Below are positions 1-8,435 of a stretch of 39,266 bases of DNA, piece after piece. Below the pieces are notes generated by a model, which had not been told where the DNA came from, ran no database searches, and saw only the letters and a program-made list of their open reading frames with translations. Made by a program: the position numbers and the translations under genes. Position 1 is the stretch's first letter, and each line of letters opens with the position of its first letter. The DNA comes from Escherichia phage N30, in the sequence record NC_048078.1. One strand, written 5' to 3'.

Positions 1-159
1 TCTCACAGTTTAAGAACCCAAAGTTCCCCCCATAGGGGTCCCTAAAGCCCAGCCAATCACCTAAAGCCAACCGAAGGTTGACCTTGAGGGTTCCCTAAGG
101 GTTGGGATGACCCTTTAGTTGTCTCTTTGGGTTTACCTTGAGTGTCTCTTCTTGTCCCT
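1..159. repeat. Left direct terminal repeat (DTR)
   Basis: Bases 1-159 recur at 39107-39266 (identical except one extra G in a G-run of the right copy); T7-type genomes carry ~160-bp DTRs. Confidence 0.9.
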
Positions 160-350
160 ATCTGTTACAGCCTCCTAAAGTATCCTCCTAAAGTCACCTC
201 CTAAAGTCATTCCTACCGTCTACAACCTAAAGACTACACTTAAAGACACCATGAGTCAACGCCTATCTTAAAGTATCCTTAAAGACCAGACCTAAAGACC
301 AGACCTAAAGCCTATTCCTAAAGATGCCTTGTCGTTACCTATAAAGTGAT
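160..350. repeat. Array of short CCTAAAG-type repeats adjacent to left DTR (concatemer-junction/packaging region)
   Basis: Many copies of cctaaag / acctaaag / ccttaaag within ~190 bp; same position as the T7 left-end repeat array. Confidence 0.6.
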
Positions 351-369
351 AATCTTTATTCATTGTCTT

Positions 370-392
370 TAATACGACTCACTATAGGGGAG
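370..392 (+). promoter_or_regulatory. Phage RNAP promoter phiOL
   Basis: TAATACGACTCACTATAGGGGAGA, +1 G at 387. Confidence 0.85.
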
Positions 393-444
393 ACTACTTA
401 AAGAGGACTTAAAAGGGAGAAATTAAAGAATTTAAAAAAGAGTA

Positions 445-480
445 TTGACTTAAAGAGTCCTAGGGTTTACTATTCACATC
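445..480 (+). promoter_or_regulatory. Host sigma70 early promoter A1
   Basis: -35 TTGACT (445-450), 17-nt spacer, -10 TACTAT (468-473); position matches T7 A1. Confidence 0.6.
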
Positions 481-572
481 GTCAACGGGACAACGGCCTT
501 AAAGCCACTCCCTGAGATACCGGAGTCAACCGGATAAGTAGACAGCCTGATAAGTCATACGAAAAACAGGCA

Positions 573-609
573 TTGACAACATGAAGTAACATGCAGTAAG
601 ATGTATCAC
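573..609 (+). promoter_or_regulatory. Host sigma70 early promoter A2
   Basis: -35 TTGACA (573-578), 18-nt spacer, -10 TAAGAT (597-602). Confidence 0.65.
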
Positions 610-684
610 ATAGCGTCAACCAACTGATGCGGTGTCTTCTAGGTGACTTAAGCGCACCACGGCACATAAGGTGAAACAAAACGG

Positions 685-720
685 TTGACAACACGAAGTA
701 AACACGGTAAGATGTACCAC
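685..720 (+). promoter_or_regulatory. Host sigma70 early promoter A3
   Basis: -35 TTGACA (685-690), 17-nt spacer, -10 TAAGAT (708-713). Confidence 0.65.
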
Positions 721-794
721 GAAATGACGGAACAGTGAGTCACCACACTGAAAGGTGATGCGGCCTAACGAAACCTGACCAAAGACGCTCTTTA

Positions 795-880
795 ACAATC
801 TGGTAAACGGCTCTTGAGTGTACACACGTAGCGGATAACTCAAGGGTATCGCAAGGTGCCCTTTATGATATCCACTAACA
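795..880 (+). promoter_or_regulatory. RNase III processing hairpin R0.3 (approximate bounds)
   Basis: Imperfect hairpin ...ctcttgagtg.../...actcaagggtatcgcaaggtgccctttatga upstream of gene 0.3, the same motif family as the other T7 RNase III sites. Confidence 0.4.
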
Positions 881-900
881 ACACTATGAGGTAACACACA

Positions 901-1251
901 ATGGCTATGTCTAACATGACTTATAACAACGTTTTCGATCACGCTTACGAAATGCTGAAAGAAAACATCCGTTATGATGACATCCGTGACACTGATGACC
1001 TGCACGATGTAGTACACATGGCAGCCGATAGCGCCGTTCCGCACTATTACAGCGACATTTTCAGCGTAATGGCAAGCGAGGGCATTGACCTTGAGTTCGA
1101 AGACTCTGGTCTGATGCCGGACACCAAGGACGTAATCCGTATCCTGCAAGCGCGTATCTATGAGCAACTCACGATTGACCTCTGGGAAGACGCTGAGGAC
1201 TTACTGAACGAGTACCTTGAGGAAGTCGAAGCAGAAGAGGACGAAGAGTAA
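901..1251 (+). CDS. 0.3: Ocr, DNA-mimic anti-restriction protein (gp0.3)
   Basis: 116-aa acidic protein [22 protein letters not shown]...[10 protein letters not shown], near-identical to T7 Ocr as I recall it; first gene after the A promoters. Confidence 0.95.
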   Translation: MAMSNMTYNNVFDHAYEMLKENIRYDDIRDTDDLHDVVHMAADSAVPHYYSDIFSVMASEGIDLEFEDSGLMPDTKDVIRILQARIYEQLTIDLWEDAEDLLNEYLEEVEAEEDEE

Positions 1252-1406
1252 TGACTAACAACACCACGCAATACGGTCTGACCGCTCAAACTGTACTGTT
1301 CTATAGCGACATGGTGCGCTGTGGCTTTAACTGGTCGCTCGCAATGGAACACCTTAAGGAACTGTACGAAAACAACAAGGCAATAGCCTTGGAGTCTGCC
1401 GAGTGA
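1251..1406 (+). CDS. 0.4: gp0.4, small FtsZ-inhibitor-like protein
   Basis: 51-aa ORF ([51 protein letters not shown]) translated by hand; start overlaps the 0.3 stop (TAATG). Below the ORF-track length cut-off. Confidence 0.8.
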   Translation: MTNNTTQYGLTAQTVLFYSDMVRCGFNWSLAMEHLKELYENNKAIALESAE

Positions 1407-1455
1407 TAGGCTCAAGGTCGCTCGATATGAGTGGCCTTTATGATTATCACTTTAC
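1407..1455 (+). promoter_or_regulatory. RNase III site R0.5 (approximate)
   Basis: ctcaaggtcgctcgatatgagtggcctttatga hairpin motif. Confidence 0.4.
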
Positions 1456-1474
1456 TTGAATGGGAGTAATGCAC

Positions 1475-1603
1475 ATGCTTACTATCGGTCTACTCACCGC
1501 TCTAGGTCTAGCTGTAGGCGCATCCTTTGGGAAGTCCTTAGGCGTAGCTGTAGGCGCTTACTTGGTCGCTTGTATCATTACGGGAGCACTGCGCAAATGC
1601 TGA
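1475..1603 (+). CDS. 0.5: gp0.5, small hydrophobic protein
   Basis: Hand-translated MLTIGLLTALGLAVGASFGKSLGVAVGAYLVACIITGALRKC; GGGAG 8 nt upstream; an in-frame ATG at 1469 is an alternative start. Confidence 0.6.
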   Translation: MLTIGLLTALGLAVGASFGKSLGVAVGAYLVACIITGALRKC

Positions 1604-1758
1604 AACACTACGTTATGCCTATCCACACATCCAACGGGTCTACAGTATGCACACCTGATGGGTTCGCAATGAAACAACGAATCGAACGCCTTAAGCGTGA
1701 ACTGCGCATCAACCGCAAGATTAACAAGATAGGTTCCAGCTATGACAGAACTCACTGA
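1597..1758 (+). CDS. 0.6: gp0.6A
   Basis: MLKHYVMPIHTSNGSTVCTPDGFAMKQRIERLKRELRINRKINKIGSSYDRTH (53 aa), i.e. the internal Met of track ORF 1456..1758; overlaps the 0.5 stop. Confidence 0.75.
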   Translation: MLKHYVMPIHTSNGSTVCTPDGFAMKQRIERLKRELRINRKINKIGSSYDRTH

Positions 1759-1981
1759 TGGCTTAAAGAAAGGTTACATGACCAACGGTACACTATACGC
1801 TGCAAATAGGCGAATAGTGAGAACTTGGCGAGAGAACAACCTTGAACGCCGTAAGGCCCAAGAAAGGGCGGCATGGCATCGGCGAAAGGAAAAGGTTAAA
1901 GCCAAGAAACTCGCCGCACTTGAAAAGGCACTAGCCAATACACTGAACGCTATCTCATAACGAACTAAAGGACACACTGAA

Positions 1982-3061
1982 ATGAACATTACCGACATCA
2001 TGAACGCTATCGACGCAATCAAAGCACTGCCAATCTGTGAACTTGACAAACGTCAAGGTATGCTTATCGACTTACTGGTCGAGATGGTCAACAGCGAAAC
2101 ATGCGATGGCGAAATTACAGAACTGAATCAGGCACTTGAGCATCAAGATTGGTGGACTACCTTGAAGTGTCTCACGGCTGACGCAGGGTTCAAGATGCTT
2201 GGTAATGGTCACTTCTCGGCTGCTTACAGTCACCCGCTGCTACCTAACAGAGTGATTAAGGTGGGCTTTAAGAAAGAGGACTCAGGCGCTGCGTATACCG
2301 CATTCTGCCGCATGTATCAGGGCCGTGCAGGTATCCCTAACGTCTACGATGTACAGCGCCACGCTGGGTGCTATACGGTGGTACTTGATGCGCTGAATGA
2401 TTGCGAGCGTTTCGACAACGATGAGCACTATAAATACGCTGAGATTGCAAGCGACATCATTGACTACAAATCCAATGAGCACGATATGTTAACTGGGTGG
2501 GATGGCGAGTTCGTCGAGACTTGTAAGCTAATCCGCAAGTTCTTTGAGGGCATCGCTTCGTTCGACATGCACAGCGGTAACATCATGTTCGGTGCTAATG
2601 ATGTACCGTACATTACCGACCCTGTGTCATTCTCACAGAAGAAAGATGGTGGCGCATTCAGTATTGACCCTGAGGAACTCATCAAGGAAGTCGAAGAGGT
2701 CGCACACCAGAGAGCAATCGACCGCGCTAAGGAACGTAAAGAACGTCATGTGGGCCGATTGGAGGCACGCAAAGTAAAACGCCGTAACCGTAAGGCACGT
2801 AAAGCACACCAAGAGAAGCACAAGCGAATGGTTGCTGCGTGGCGTATGGCTGAGCGTCAAGAACGACGTAACCATGAGGTAGCTGTAGACGTACTGGGAA
2901 GAACCAATAACGCTATGCTCTGGGTCAACATGTTCGCTGGGGACTTTAAGGCTCTTGAGGAACGAATTGCGGCGCACTGGTTTCAAGCTGACCGAATGGC
3001 TATCGCTAACGGTCTTCCGCTCAACATCGACAAGCAACTTGACGCAATGCTAATGGGCTGA
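1982..3061 (+). CDS. 0.7: Ser/Thr protein kinase and host transcription shut-off protein (gp0.7)
   Basis: 359-aa [29 protein letters not shown]... matching T7 gp0.7 in length and sequence. Confidence 0.95.
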   Translation: MNITDIMNAIDAIKALPICELDKRQGMLIDLLVEMVNSETCDGEITELNQALEHQDWWTTLKCLTADAGFKMLGNGHFSAAYSHPLLPNRVIKVGFKKEDSGAAYTAFCRMYQGRAGIPNVYDVQRHAGCYTVVLDALNDCERFDNDEHYKYAEIASDIIDYKSNEHDMLTGWDGEFVETCKLIRKFFEGIASFDMHSGNIMFGANDVPYITDPVSFSQKKDGGAFSIDPEELIKEVEEVAHQRAIDRAKERKERHVGRLEARKVKRRNRKARKAHQEKHKRMVAAWRMAERQERRNHEVAVDVLGRTNNAMLWVNMFAGDFKALEERIAAHWFQADRMAIANGLPLNIDKQLDAMLMG

Positions 3062-3125
3062 TAGTCTTATCTTACAGGTCATCTGCGGGTGGCCTGAATA
3101 GATACGATTTACTAACTGGAAGAGG
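3062..3125 (+). promoter_or_regulatory. RNase III site R1 (approximate)
   Basis: tcttatcttacaggtcatctgcgggtggcctgaatagatacgatttactaactggaagagg upstream of gene 1. Confidence 0.4.
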
Positions 3126-3131
3126 CACTAA

Positions 3132-5783
3132 ATGAACACGATTAACATCGCTAAGAACGACTTCTCTGACATCGAACTGGCTGCTATCCCGTTCAATACT
3201 CTGGCTGACCATTACGGTGAGCGTTTGGCTCGCGAACAGTTGGCCCTTGAGCATGAGTCTTACGAAATGGGTGAAGCACGATTCCGCAAGATGTTTGAGC
3301 GTCAACTTAAAGCTGGTGAGGTTGCGGATAACGCTGCCGCTAAGCCTCTCATTACTACCCTGCTCCCTAAGATGATTGCACGCATCAACGACTGGTTTGA
3401 GGAAGTGAAAGCTAAGCGCGGCAAACGCCCGACAGCCTTCCAGTTCCTGCAAGAAATCAAGCCGGAAGCGGTAGCGTACATCACCATTAAGACCACTCTG
3501 GCTTGCCTAACCAGTGCAGACAATACAACCGTTCAGGCTGTAGCAAGCGCAATCGGTCGAGCCATTGAGGATGAGGCTCGCTTCGGTCGCATCCGTGACC
3601 TTGAGGCCAAGCACTTCAAGAAAAACGTTGAGGAACAACTCAACAAGCGTGTAGGTCACGTCTACAAGAAAGCATTCATGCAGGTTGTCGAAGCGGACAT
3701 GCTCTCTAAGGGTCTACTCGGTGGCGAGGCGTGGTCTTCGTGGCATAAGGAAGACTCCATTCACGTAGGGGTTCGCTGCATTGAGATGCTCATTGAGTCA
3801 ACTGGAATGGTTAGCTTGCATCGTCAAAATGCTGGCGTAGTAGGTCAAGACTCTGAGACTATCGAACTCGCGCCAGAATACGCTGAGGCTATCGCAACCC
3901 GTGCAGGTGCGCTGGCTGGCATCTCTCCGATGTTCCAACCTTGCGTAGTTCCTCCTAAGCCGTGGACTGGTATTACTGGTGGCGGCTATTGGGCTAACGG
4001 TCGTCGTCCTCTGGCGCTGGTGCGCACTCACAGTAAGAAAGCACTGATGCGCTACGAAGATGTTTACATGCCTGAGGTGTACAAGGCGATTAACATTGCG
4101 CAAAACACCGCATGGAAAATCAACAAGAAAGTCCTAGCGGTCGCCAACGTAATCACCAAGTGGAAGCACTGCCCTGTAGAGGACATCCCTGCGATTGAAC
4201 GTGAAGAACTCCCGATGAAACCGGAAGACATCGACACGAATCCTGAGGCTCTCACCGCTTGGAAACGTGCTGCCGCTGCTGTGTACCGCAAGGACAAGGC
4301 TCGCAAGTCTCGCCGTATCAGCCTTGAGTTCATGCTTGAGCAAGCCAATAAGTTCGCTAACCATAAGGCCATCTGGTTCCCTTACAACATGGACTGGCGC
4401 GGTCGTGTTTACGCTGTGTCAATGTTCAACCCGCAAGGTAACGATATGACCAAAGGTCTGCTGACACTGGCGAAAGGTAAACCAATCGGTAAGGAAGGTT
4501 ACTACTGGTTGAAAATCCACGGTGCAAACTGTGCGGGTGTCGATAAGGTTCCGTTCCCTGAGCGCATCAAGTTCATTGAGGACAACCACGAGAACATCAT
4601 GGCTTGCGCTAAGTCTCCACTGGAGAACACTTGGTGGGCTGAGCAAGATTCTCCGTTCTGCTTCCTTGCGTTCTGCTTTGAGTACGCTGGGGTACAACAC
4701 CACGGCCTTAGCTACAACTGCTCTCTTCCGCTGGCGTTCGATGGGTCTTGCTCTGGTATTCAGCACTTCTCCGCGATGCTCCTTGACGAGATAGGTGGTC
4801 GTGCGGTTAACCTGCTGCCTAGTGAAACCGTTCAGGACATCTACGGGATTGTCGCTAAGAAAGTAAATGTGATTCTGCAAGAAGATGTAATCAACGGGAC
4901 AGACAACGAAGTAGTTACCGTGACCGATGAGAACACGGGTGAAATCTCTGAGAAAGTCAAGCTGGGCACCAAGGCTCTGGCTGGTCAATGGCTGGCCTAC
5001 GGTGTTACTCGCAGCGTGACTAAGCGTTCAGTCATGACGCTGGCTTACGGGTCCAAAGAGTTCGGCTTCCGTCAACAAGTGCTGGAAGATACCATTCAAC
5101 CAGCTATTGATTCCGGTAAGGGTCTAATGTTTACTCAACCGAATCAGGCTGCTGGGTACATGGCTAAACTGATTTGGGAAGCTGTGAGCGTCACGGTGGT
5201 GGCTGCGGTTGAAGCAATGAACTGGCTTAAGTCTGCCGCTAAGCTGCTGGCTGCTGAGGTCAAAGATAAGAAGACTGGAGAGATTCTTCGCAAGCGTTGC
5301 GCTGTGCATTGGGTAACTCCTGATGGCTTCCCTGTGTGGCAGGAATACAAGAAGCCCATTCAGACTCGCTTGAACCTGATGTTCCTCGGTCAGTTCCGCT
5401 TACAGCCAACCATTAACACTAACAAGGATAGCGAGATTGATGCACACAAACAGGAGTCCGGTATTGCCCCTAACTTTGTACACAGCCAAGACGGTAGCCA
5501 CCTACGTAAGACTGTAGTGTGGGCGCATGAGAAGTACGGAATCGAATCATTTGCGTTGATTCACGACTCCTTCGGGACAATTCCTGCTGATGCTGCCAAC
5601 TTATTCAAAGCTGTGCGCGAAACTATGGTTGACACCTATGAATCCTGTGATGTACTGGCTGACTTCTACGACCAGTTCGCTGACCAGTTGCACGAGTCTC
5701 AATTGGATAAAATGCCAGCACTTCCGGCTAAGGGTAACTTGAATCTCCAAGACATCCTTAAGTCAGACTTCGCGTTTGCGTAA
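3132..5783 (+). CDS. 1: Single-subunit DNA-dependent RNA polymerase (T7 RNAP type)
   Basis: 883 aa, MNTINIAKNDFSDIELAAIPFNTLADHYGERLAREQLALEHESYEMGEARFRKMFERQ...; near-identical to T7 RNAP along its length. Confidence 0.98.
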   Translation: MNTINIAKNDFSDIELAAIPFNTLADHYGERLAREQLALEHESYEMGEARFRKMFERQLKAGEVADNAAAKPLITTLLPKMIARINDWFEEVKAKRGKRPTAFQFLQEIKPEAVAYITIKTTLACLTSADNTTVQAVASAIGRAIEDEARFGRIRDLEAKHFKKNVEEQLNKRVGHVYKKAFMQVVEADMLSKGLLGGEAWSSWHKEDSIHVGVRCIEMLIESTGMVSLHRQNAGVVGQDSETIELAPEYAEAIATRAGALAGISPMFQPCVVPPKPWTGITGGGYWANGRRPLALVRTHSKKALMRYEDVYMPEVYKAINIAQNTAWKINKKVLAVANVITKWKHCPVEDIPAIEREELPMKPEDIDTNPEALTAWKRAAAAVYRKDKARKSRRISLEFMLEQANKFANHKAIWFPYNMDWRGRVYAVSMFNPQGNDMTKGLLTLAKGKPIGKEGYYWLKIHGANCAGVDKVPFPERIKFIEDNHENIMACAKSPLENTWWAEQDSPFCFLAFCFEYAGVQHHGLSYNCSLPLAFDGSCSGIQHFSAMLLDEIGGRAVNLLPSETVQDIYGIVAKKVNVILQEDVINGTDNEVVTVTDENTGEISEKVKLGTKALAGQWLAYGVTRSVTKRSVMTLAYGSKEFGFRQQVLEDTIQPAIDSGKGLMFTQPNQAAGYMAKLIWEAVSVTVVAAVEAMNWLKSAAKLLAAEVKDKKTGEILRKRCAVHWVTPDGFPVWQEYKKPIQTRLNLMFLGQFRLQPTINTNKDSEIDAHKQESGIAPNFVHSQDGSHLRKTVVWAHEKYGIESFALIHDSFGTIPADAANLFKAVRETMVDTYESCDVLADFYDQFADQLHESQLDKMPALPAKGNLNLQDILKSDFAFA

Positions 5784-5791
5784 CGTCAAAT

Positions 5792-5814
5792 CAATACGAC
5801 TCACTATAGAGGGA
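5792..5814 (+). promoter_or_regulatory. Phage promoter phi1.1A
   Basis: CAATACGACTCACTATAGAGGGA, +1 G at 5809. Confidence 0.85.
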
Positions 5815-5862
5815 CAAACTCAAGGTCACTTAATGAGTGGCCTTTATGATTGACCTTCCGGT
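5815..5862 (+). promoter_or_regulatory. RNase III site R1.1 (approximate)
   Basis: caaggtcacttaatgagtggcctttatgattgacc hairpin between phi1.1A and phi1.1B. Confidence 0.4.
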
Positions 5863-5885
5863 TAATACGACTCACTATAGGAGAA
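5863..5885 (+). promoter_or_regulatory. Phage promoter phi1.1B
   Basis: TAATACGACTCACTATAGGAGAA, +1 G at 5880. Confidence 0.9.
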
Positions 5886-5963
5886 CCTTAAGGTTTAACT
5901 TTAAGACCCTTAAGTGTTAATTAAAGATTTAAATTAAAGAATTACTAAGAGAGGACTTTAAGT

Positions 5964-6092
5964 ATGCGTAACTTCGAAAAGATGACCAAACGTTCTACCC
6001 GTAATGCTCATGACTTCGAGGTAACTAAAGGTCGCAAGTTGAATAAGACTAAGCGTGACCGTTCCCATAAGCGTAGCTGGGAGGGTCAGTAA
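5964..6092 (+). CDS. 1.1: gp1.1, small basic protein
   Basis: Hand-translated MRNFEKMTKRSTRNAHDFEVTKGRKLNKTKRDRSHKRSWEGQ (42 aa). Confidence 0.8.
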   Translation: MRNFEKMTKRSTRNAHDFEVTKGRKLNKTKRDRSHKRSWEGQ

Positions 6093-6093
6093 G

Positions 6094-6351
6094 ATGGGAC
6101 GTTTATACAGTGGGAACTTGAATGACCTCAAGGATGCTTGCAACAGGCTCTACCAGTTAGACTTTGCTGTTATTTGTGATGAATGGCACGATGCTTACAA
6201 ACGCCTTGCGTGTATGCGTCTACGCGTAGAGGACAGGGCTGGAAACCTGATTGATGTTAATACGTTCTGCCACCACGATGAAGACGTCTTGTACAATACG
6301 TGTACTGAATGGCTGAACCATATGTACGACCAGTTGAAGGACTGGAAGTAA
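6094..6351 (+). CDS. 1.2: gp1.2, inhibitor of host dGTPase
   Basis: MGRLYSGNLNDLKDACNRLYQLDFAVICDEWHDAYKRLACMRLRVEDRAGNLIDVNTFCHHDEDVLYNTCTEWLNHMYDQLKDWK (85 aa); internal Met of track ORF 6055..6351. Confidence 0.9.
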   Translation: MGRLYSGNLNDLKDACNRLYQLDFAVICDEWHDAYKRLACMRLRVEDRAGNLIDVNTFCHHDEDVLYNTCTEWLNHMYDQLKDWK

Positions 6352-6371
6352 TACGACTCAGTACAGGGACA
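6349..6371 (+). promoter_or_regulatory. Phage promoter phi1.3 (variant: G at -5, C at -2)
   Basis: TAATACGACTCAGTACAGGGACA, overlapping the gene 1.2 stop codon. Confidence 0.7.
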
Positions 6372-6410
6372 ATGCTTAAGGTCGCTCATTGAGTGGCCTT
6401 AGTCATTTAA
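6372..6410 (+). promoter_or_regulatory. RNase III site R1.3 (approximate)
   Basis: cttaaggtcgctcattgagtggccttag hairpin. Confidence 0.4.
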
Positions 6411-6429
6411 CCAATAGGAGATAAACATT

Positions 6430-7455
6430 ATGATGAACATTAAGACCAACCCATTCAAAGCCGTGTCTTTCGTAGAGTCTGCCATTAAGAAGGCTCTGGA
6501 TAACGCTGGGTATCTTATTGCTGACATTAAGTACGATGGTGTGCGTGGTAACATCTGCGTAGACAATACCGCTAACTGCTGCTGGCTCTCTCGTGTATCC
6601 AAACCGATTCCGGCACTGTCTTACCTTAATGGGTTCGACGCACGTTGGCAGCGTCTACTAAAGGATGACCGTTGCTTCTACCCTGATGGCTTCATGCTGG
6701 ATTGCGAACTTATGGTCAAGGGAGTGGACTTCAACACTGGCTCCGGCCTTCTGCGGACCAAGTGGCTCAACAAGAAGAACATGCAGTTCGATATTGGCGG
6801 TCCGTATGAATCGTGGGACGTGAGCCTGAAGGGACTTCCTTTCGGTATTGACCCGAACTTACTAACAGTTAAACTCTACGCTATCCTTCCGTACCACATT
6901 GTGGAATCTGGGGAAGACTGTGATGTCATGACGTTGCTCATGCAGGAACACGTTAAGAACATGCTGCCTCTGCTACAGGAATACTTTCCTGAAATCGAAT
7001 GGCAAGCGGCTGAGTCTTACGAGGTTTACGACATGGTAGAACTACAGCAACTGTACGAGAAGAAGCGTGAAGAAGGGCATGAGGGTCTCATTGTGAAAGA
7101 CCCTATGTGCATCTATAAGCGCGGTAAGAAGTCCGGCTGGTGGAAACTTAAGCCAGAGAATGAGGCTGACGGTATCATTCAGGGTCTTGTGTGGGGAACA
7201 GAAGGTTTAGCCAATGAAGGTAAAGTAATCGGATTTGAGGTGCTTCTTGAGAGTGGTCGTGTAGTTAATGCCACAAACATCTCTCGCACCTTAATGGATG
7301 AATTTACTAGCACAGTTAACATCGAAGGCGAAACCTACTACAACGGACACGCTTGTCAGATTGCGTACATGGAGGAAACACCTGATGGCTCTCTGCGTCA
7401 CCCATCGTTCGTAATGTTCCGTGGCACAGAGGACAACCCTCAAGAGAAAATGTAA
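6430..7455 (+). CDS. 1.3: ATP-dependent DNA ligase
   Basis: 341 aa; adenylation motif KYDGVRG near the N-terminus and a conserved C-terminus (MEETPDGSLRHPSFVMFRGTEDNPQEKM). Confidence 0.95.
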   Translation: MMNIKTNPFKAVSFVESAIKKALDNAGYLIADIKYDGVRGNICVDNTANCCWLSRVSKPIPALSYLNGFDARWQRLLKDDRCFYPDGFMLDCELMVKGVDFNTGSGLLRTKWLNKKNMQFDIGGPYESWDVSLKGLPFGIDPNLLTVKLYAILPYHIVESGEDCDVMTLLMQEHVKNMLPLLQEYFPEIEWQAAESYEVYDMVELQQLYEKKREEGHEGLIVKDPMCIYKRGKKSGWWKLKPENEADGIIQGLVWGTEGLANEGKVIGFEVLLESGRVVNATNISRTLMDEFTSTVNIEGETYYNGHACQIAYMEETPDGSLRHPSFVMFRGTEDNPQEKM

Positions 7456-7457
7456 CC

Positions 7458-7492
7458 ACACTGGCTCACCGAAAGGTGGGCCTTTCTGCGTT
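7458..7492 (+). terminator. Early transcription terminator TE (intrinsic)
   Basis: GC-rich hairpin GGCTCACC-GAAA-GGTGGGCC followed by TTTCTGCGTTT, immediately after the ligase stop. Confidence 0.8.
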
Positions 7493-7515
7493 TAATACGA
7501 CTCACTATAGGAGAT
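7493..7515 (+). promoter_or_regulatory. Phage promoter phi1.5
   Basis: TAATACGACTCACTATAGGAGAT, +1 G at 7510. Confidence 0.9.
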
Positions 7516-7522
7516 ACACCTT

Positions 7523-7615
7523 ATGATGTATTTAATGCCATTACTGATTATTATCATTGGATGTCTTGTGCTTCACTTTAAGGATGACGATGACATGCCC
7601 GATGGTCACGCTTAA
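7523..7615 (+). CDS. 1.5: gp1.5, small hydrophobic protein
   Basis: Hand-translated [30 protein letters not shown] (30 aa); stop overlaps phi1.6. Confidence 0.7.
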   Translation: MMYLMPLLIIIIGCLVLHFKDDDDMPDGHA

Positions 7616-7635
7616 TACGACTCACTATAGGAGAC
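7613..7635 (+). promoter_or_regulatory. Phage promoter phi1.6
   Basis: TAATACGACTCACTATAGGAGAC, +1 G at 7630. Confidence 0.9.
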
Positions 7636-7640
7636 ACTAT

Positions 7641-7901
7641 ATGTTCCGACTTCACTTCAACAAAAGCCTTAAGAATTTCACGGTTCGCCGTGCTGACCGT
7701 TCAATCGTATGTGCGAGCGAACGCCGAGCTAAGTTACCTCTTATTGGTAATACAGTTCCTTTGGCACCGAGCGTCCACATCATTATCACTCGAGGTGACT
7801 TCGAGAAAGCAATAGACAAGAAACGTCCGGTTCTTAGCGTGGCAGTGACCCGCTTCCCGTTCGTCCGTCTGTTACTCAAACGAATCAAGGAGGTGTTCTG
7901 A
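7641..7901 (+). CDS. 1.6: gp1.6
   Basis: [41 protein letters not shown]... (86 aa); internal Met of track ORF 7557..7901, 11 nt after the phi1.6 start site. Confidence 0.85.
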   Translation: MFRLHFNKSLKNFTVRRADRSIVCASERRAKLPLIGNTVPLAPSVHIIITRGDFEKAIDKKRPVLSVAVTRFPFVRLLLKRIKEVF

Positions 7902-8435
7902 TGTCTGGTTGCATAGCTTGCTTAGAGAAAGACGACCGTTATCCACATACCTGTAATAAAGGAGCTAACGATATGACCGAACGTGAACAAGAGATGATCA
8001 TTAAGTTGATAGACAACAACGAAGGTCGCCCAGATGATTTGAATGGCTGCGGACTTCTCTGCTCTAATGTCCCTTGTCACCTCTGCCCAGCAAATAACGA
8101 TCAAAAGATAACCTTAGGTGAAATCCGAGCGATGGACCCACGTAAGTCTAAGTCGGATAAACCAGAGGTAACTCCTACAGATGACCAACCTTCCACTGAG
8201 TCAATCGAAGGTGTCACGAAGCCATCTCATTACATGCTGTTCGACGACATTGAGGCTATCGAAGTGATTGCCCGTTCGATGACCCGTGAGCAGTTCAAAG
8301 GGTATTGCTTCGGGAACATCCTTAAGTACCGCCTACGTGCTGGTAAGAAATCCGAACTGGCTTACTTAGAGAAGGACATGGCGAAAGCTGGGTTCTACGG
8401 TGAACTGTACGAGAAACATAAGGATAAGTGCTACG

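Larger units (their letters stand above)
5790..5960. other. Probable primary origin of replication region (phi1.1A/phi1.1B plus AT-rich tract)
   Basis: Tandem RNAP promoters followed by an AT-rich tract (ttaaggtttaactttaagaccc...ttaattaaagatttaaattaaagaattactaaga); in T7 the equivalent region is the primary origin. Confidence 0.45.

Noticed and set aside
616-1167. 183-aa minus-strand ORF spanning the A3 promoter and gene 0.3
   Set aside because: It is antisense to a strongly conserved gene and promoter region, has no ribosome-binding site, and T7-like genomes are transcribed entirely left to right. The same reasoning applies to every other minus-strand ORF in the track (e.g. 4419-4988, 8799-9329, 14396-15040, 20641-21141, 22029-22574, 27225-27926, 37246-37782).
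1456-1758. 100-aa ORF-track call with a long N-terminal extension
   Set aside because: The extension starts at a TTG and runs out of frame across gene 0.5. The conserved product is the 53-aa gp0.6A starting at 1597. Similar over-extended track starts were trimmed to internal ATGs for 1.2, 1.6, 2, 4.5, 4.7, 5.5, 5.9, 6.7, 18 and the HNH ORF at 12209.
1742-1960. 72-aa ORF overlapping the end of 0.6A, possibly the frameshift extension that would give a 0.6B-like product
   Set aside because: It is plausible by analogy with T7 0.6B, but I cannot identify a slippery site or confirm the junction from sequence alone, so it is not annotated as a feature.
2760-2830. Run of basic codons ([17 protein letters not shown]) in gene 0.7 resembling a low-complexity repeat
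   Set aside because: It is the known basic linker region of the 0.7 kinase, in frame within a conserved ORF, not a DNA-level repeat element.
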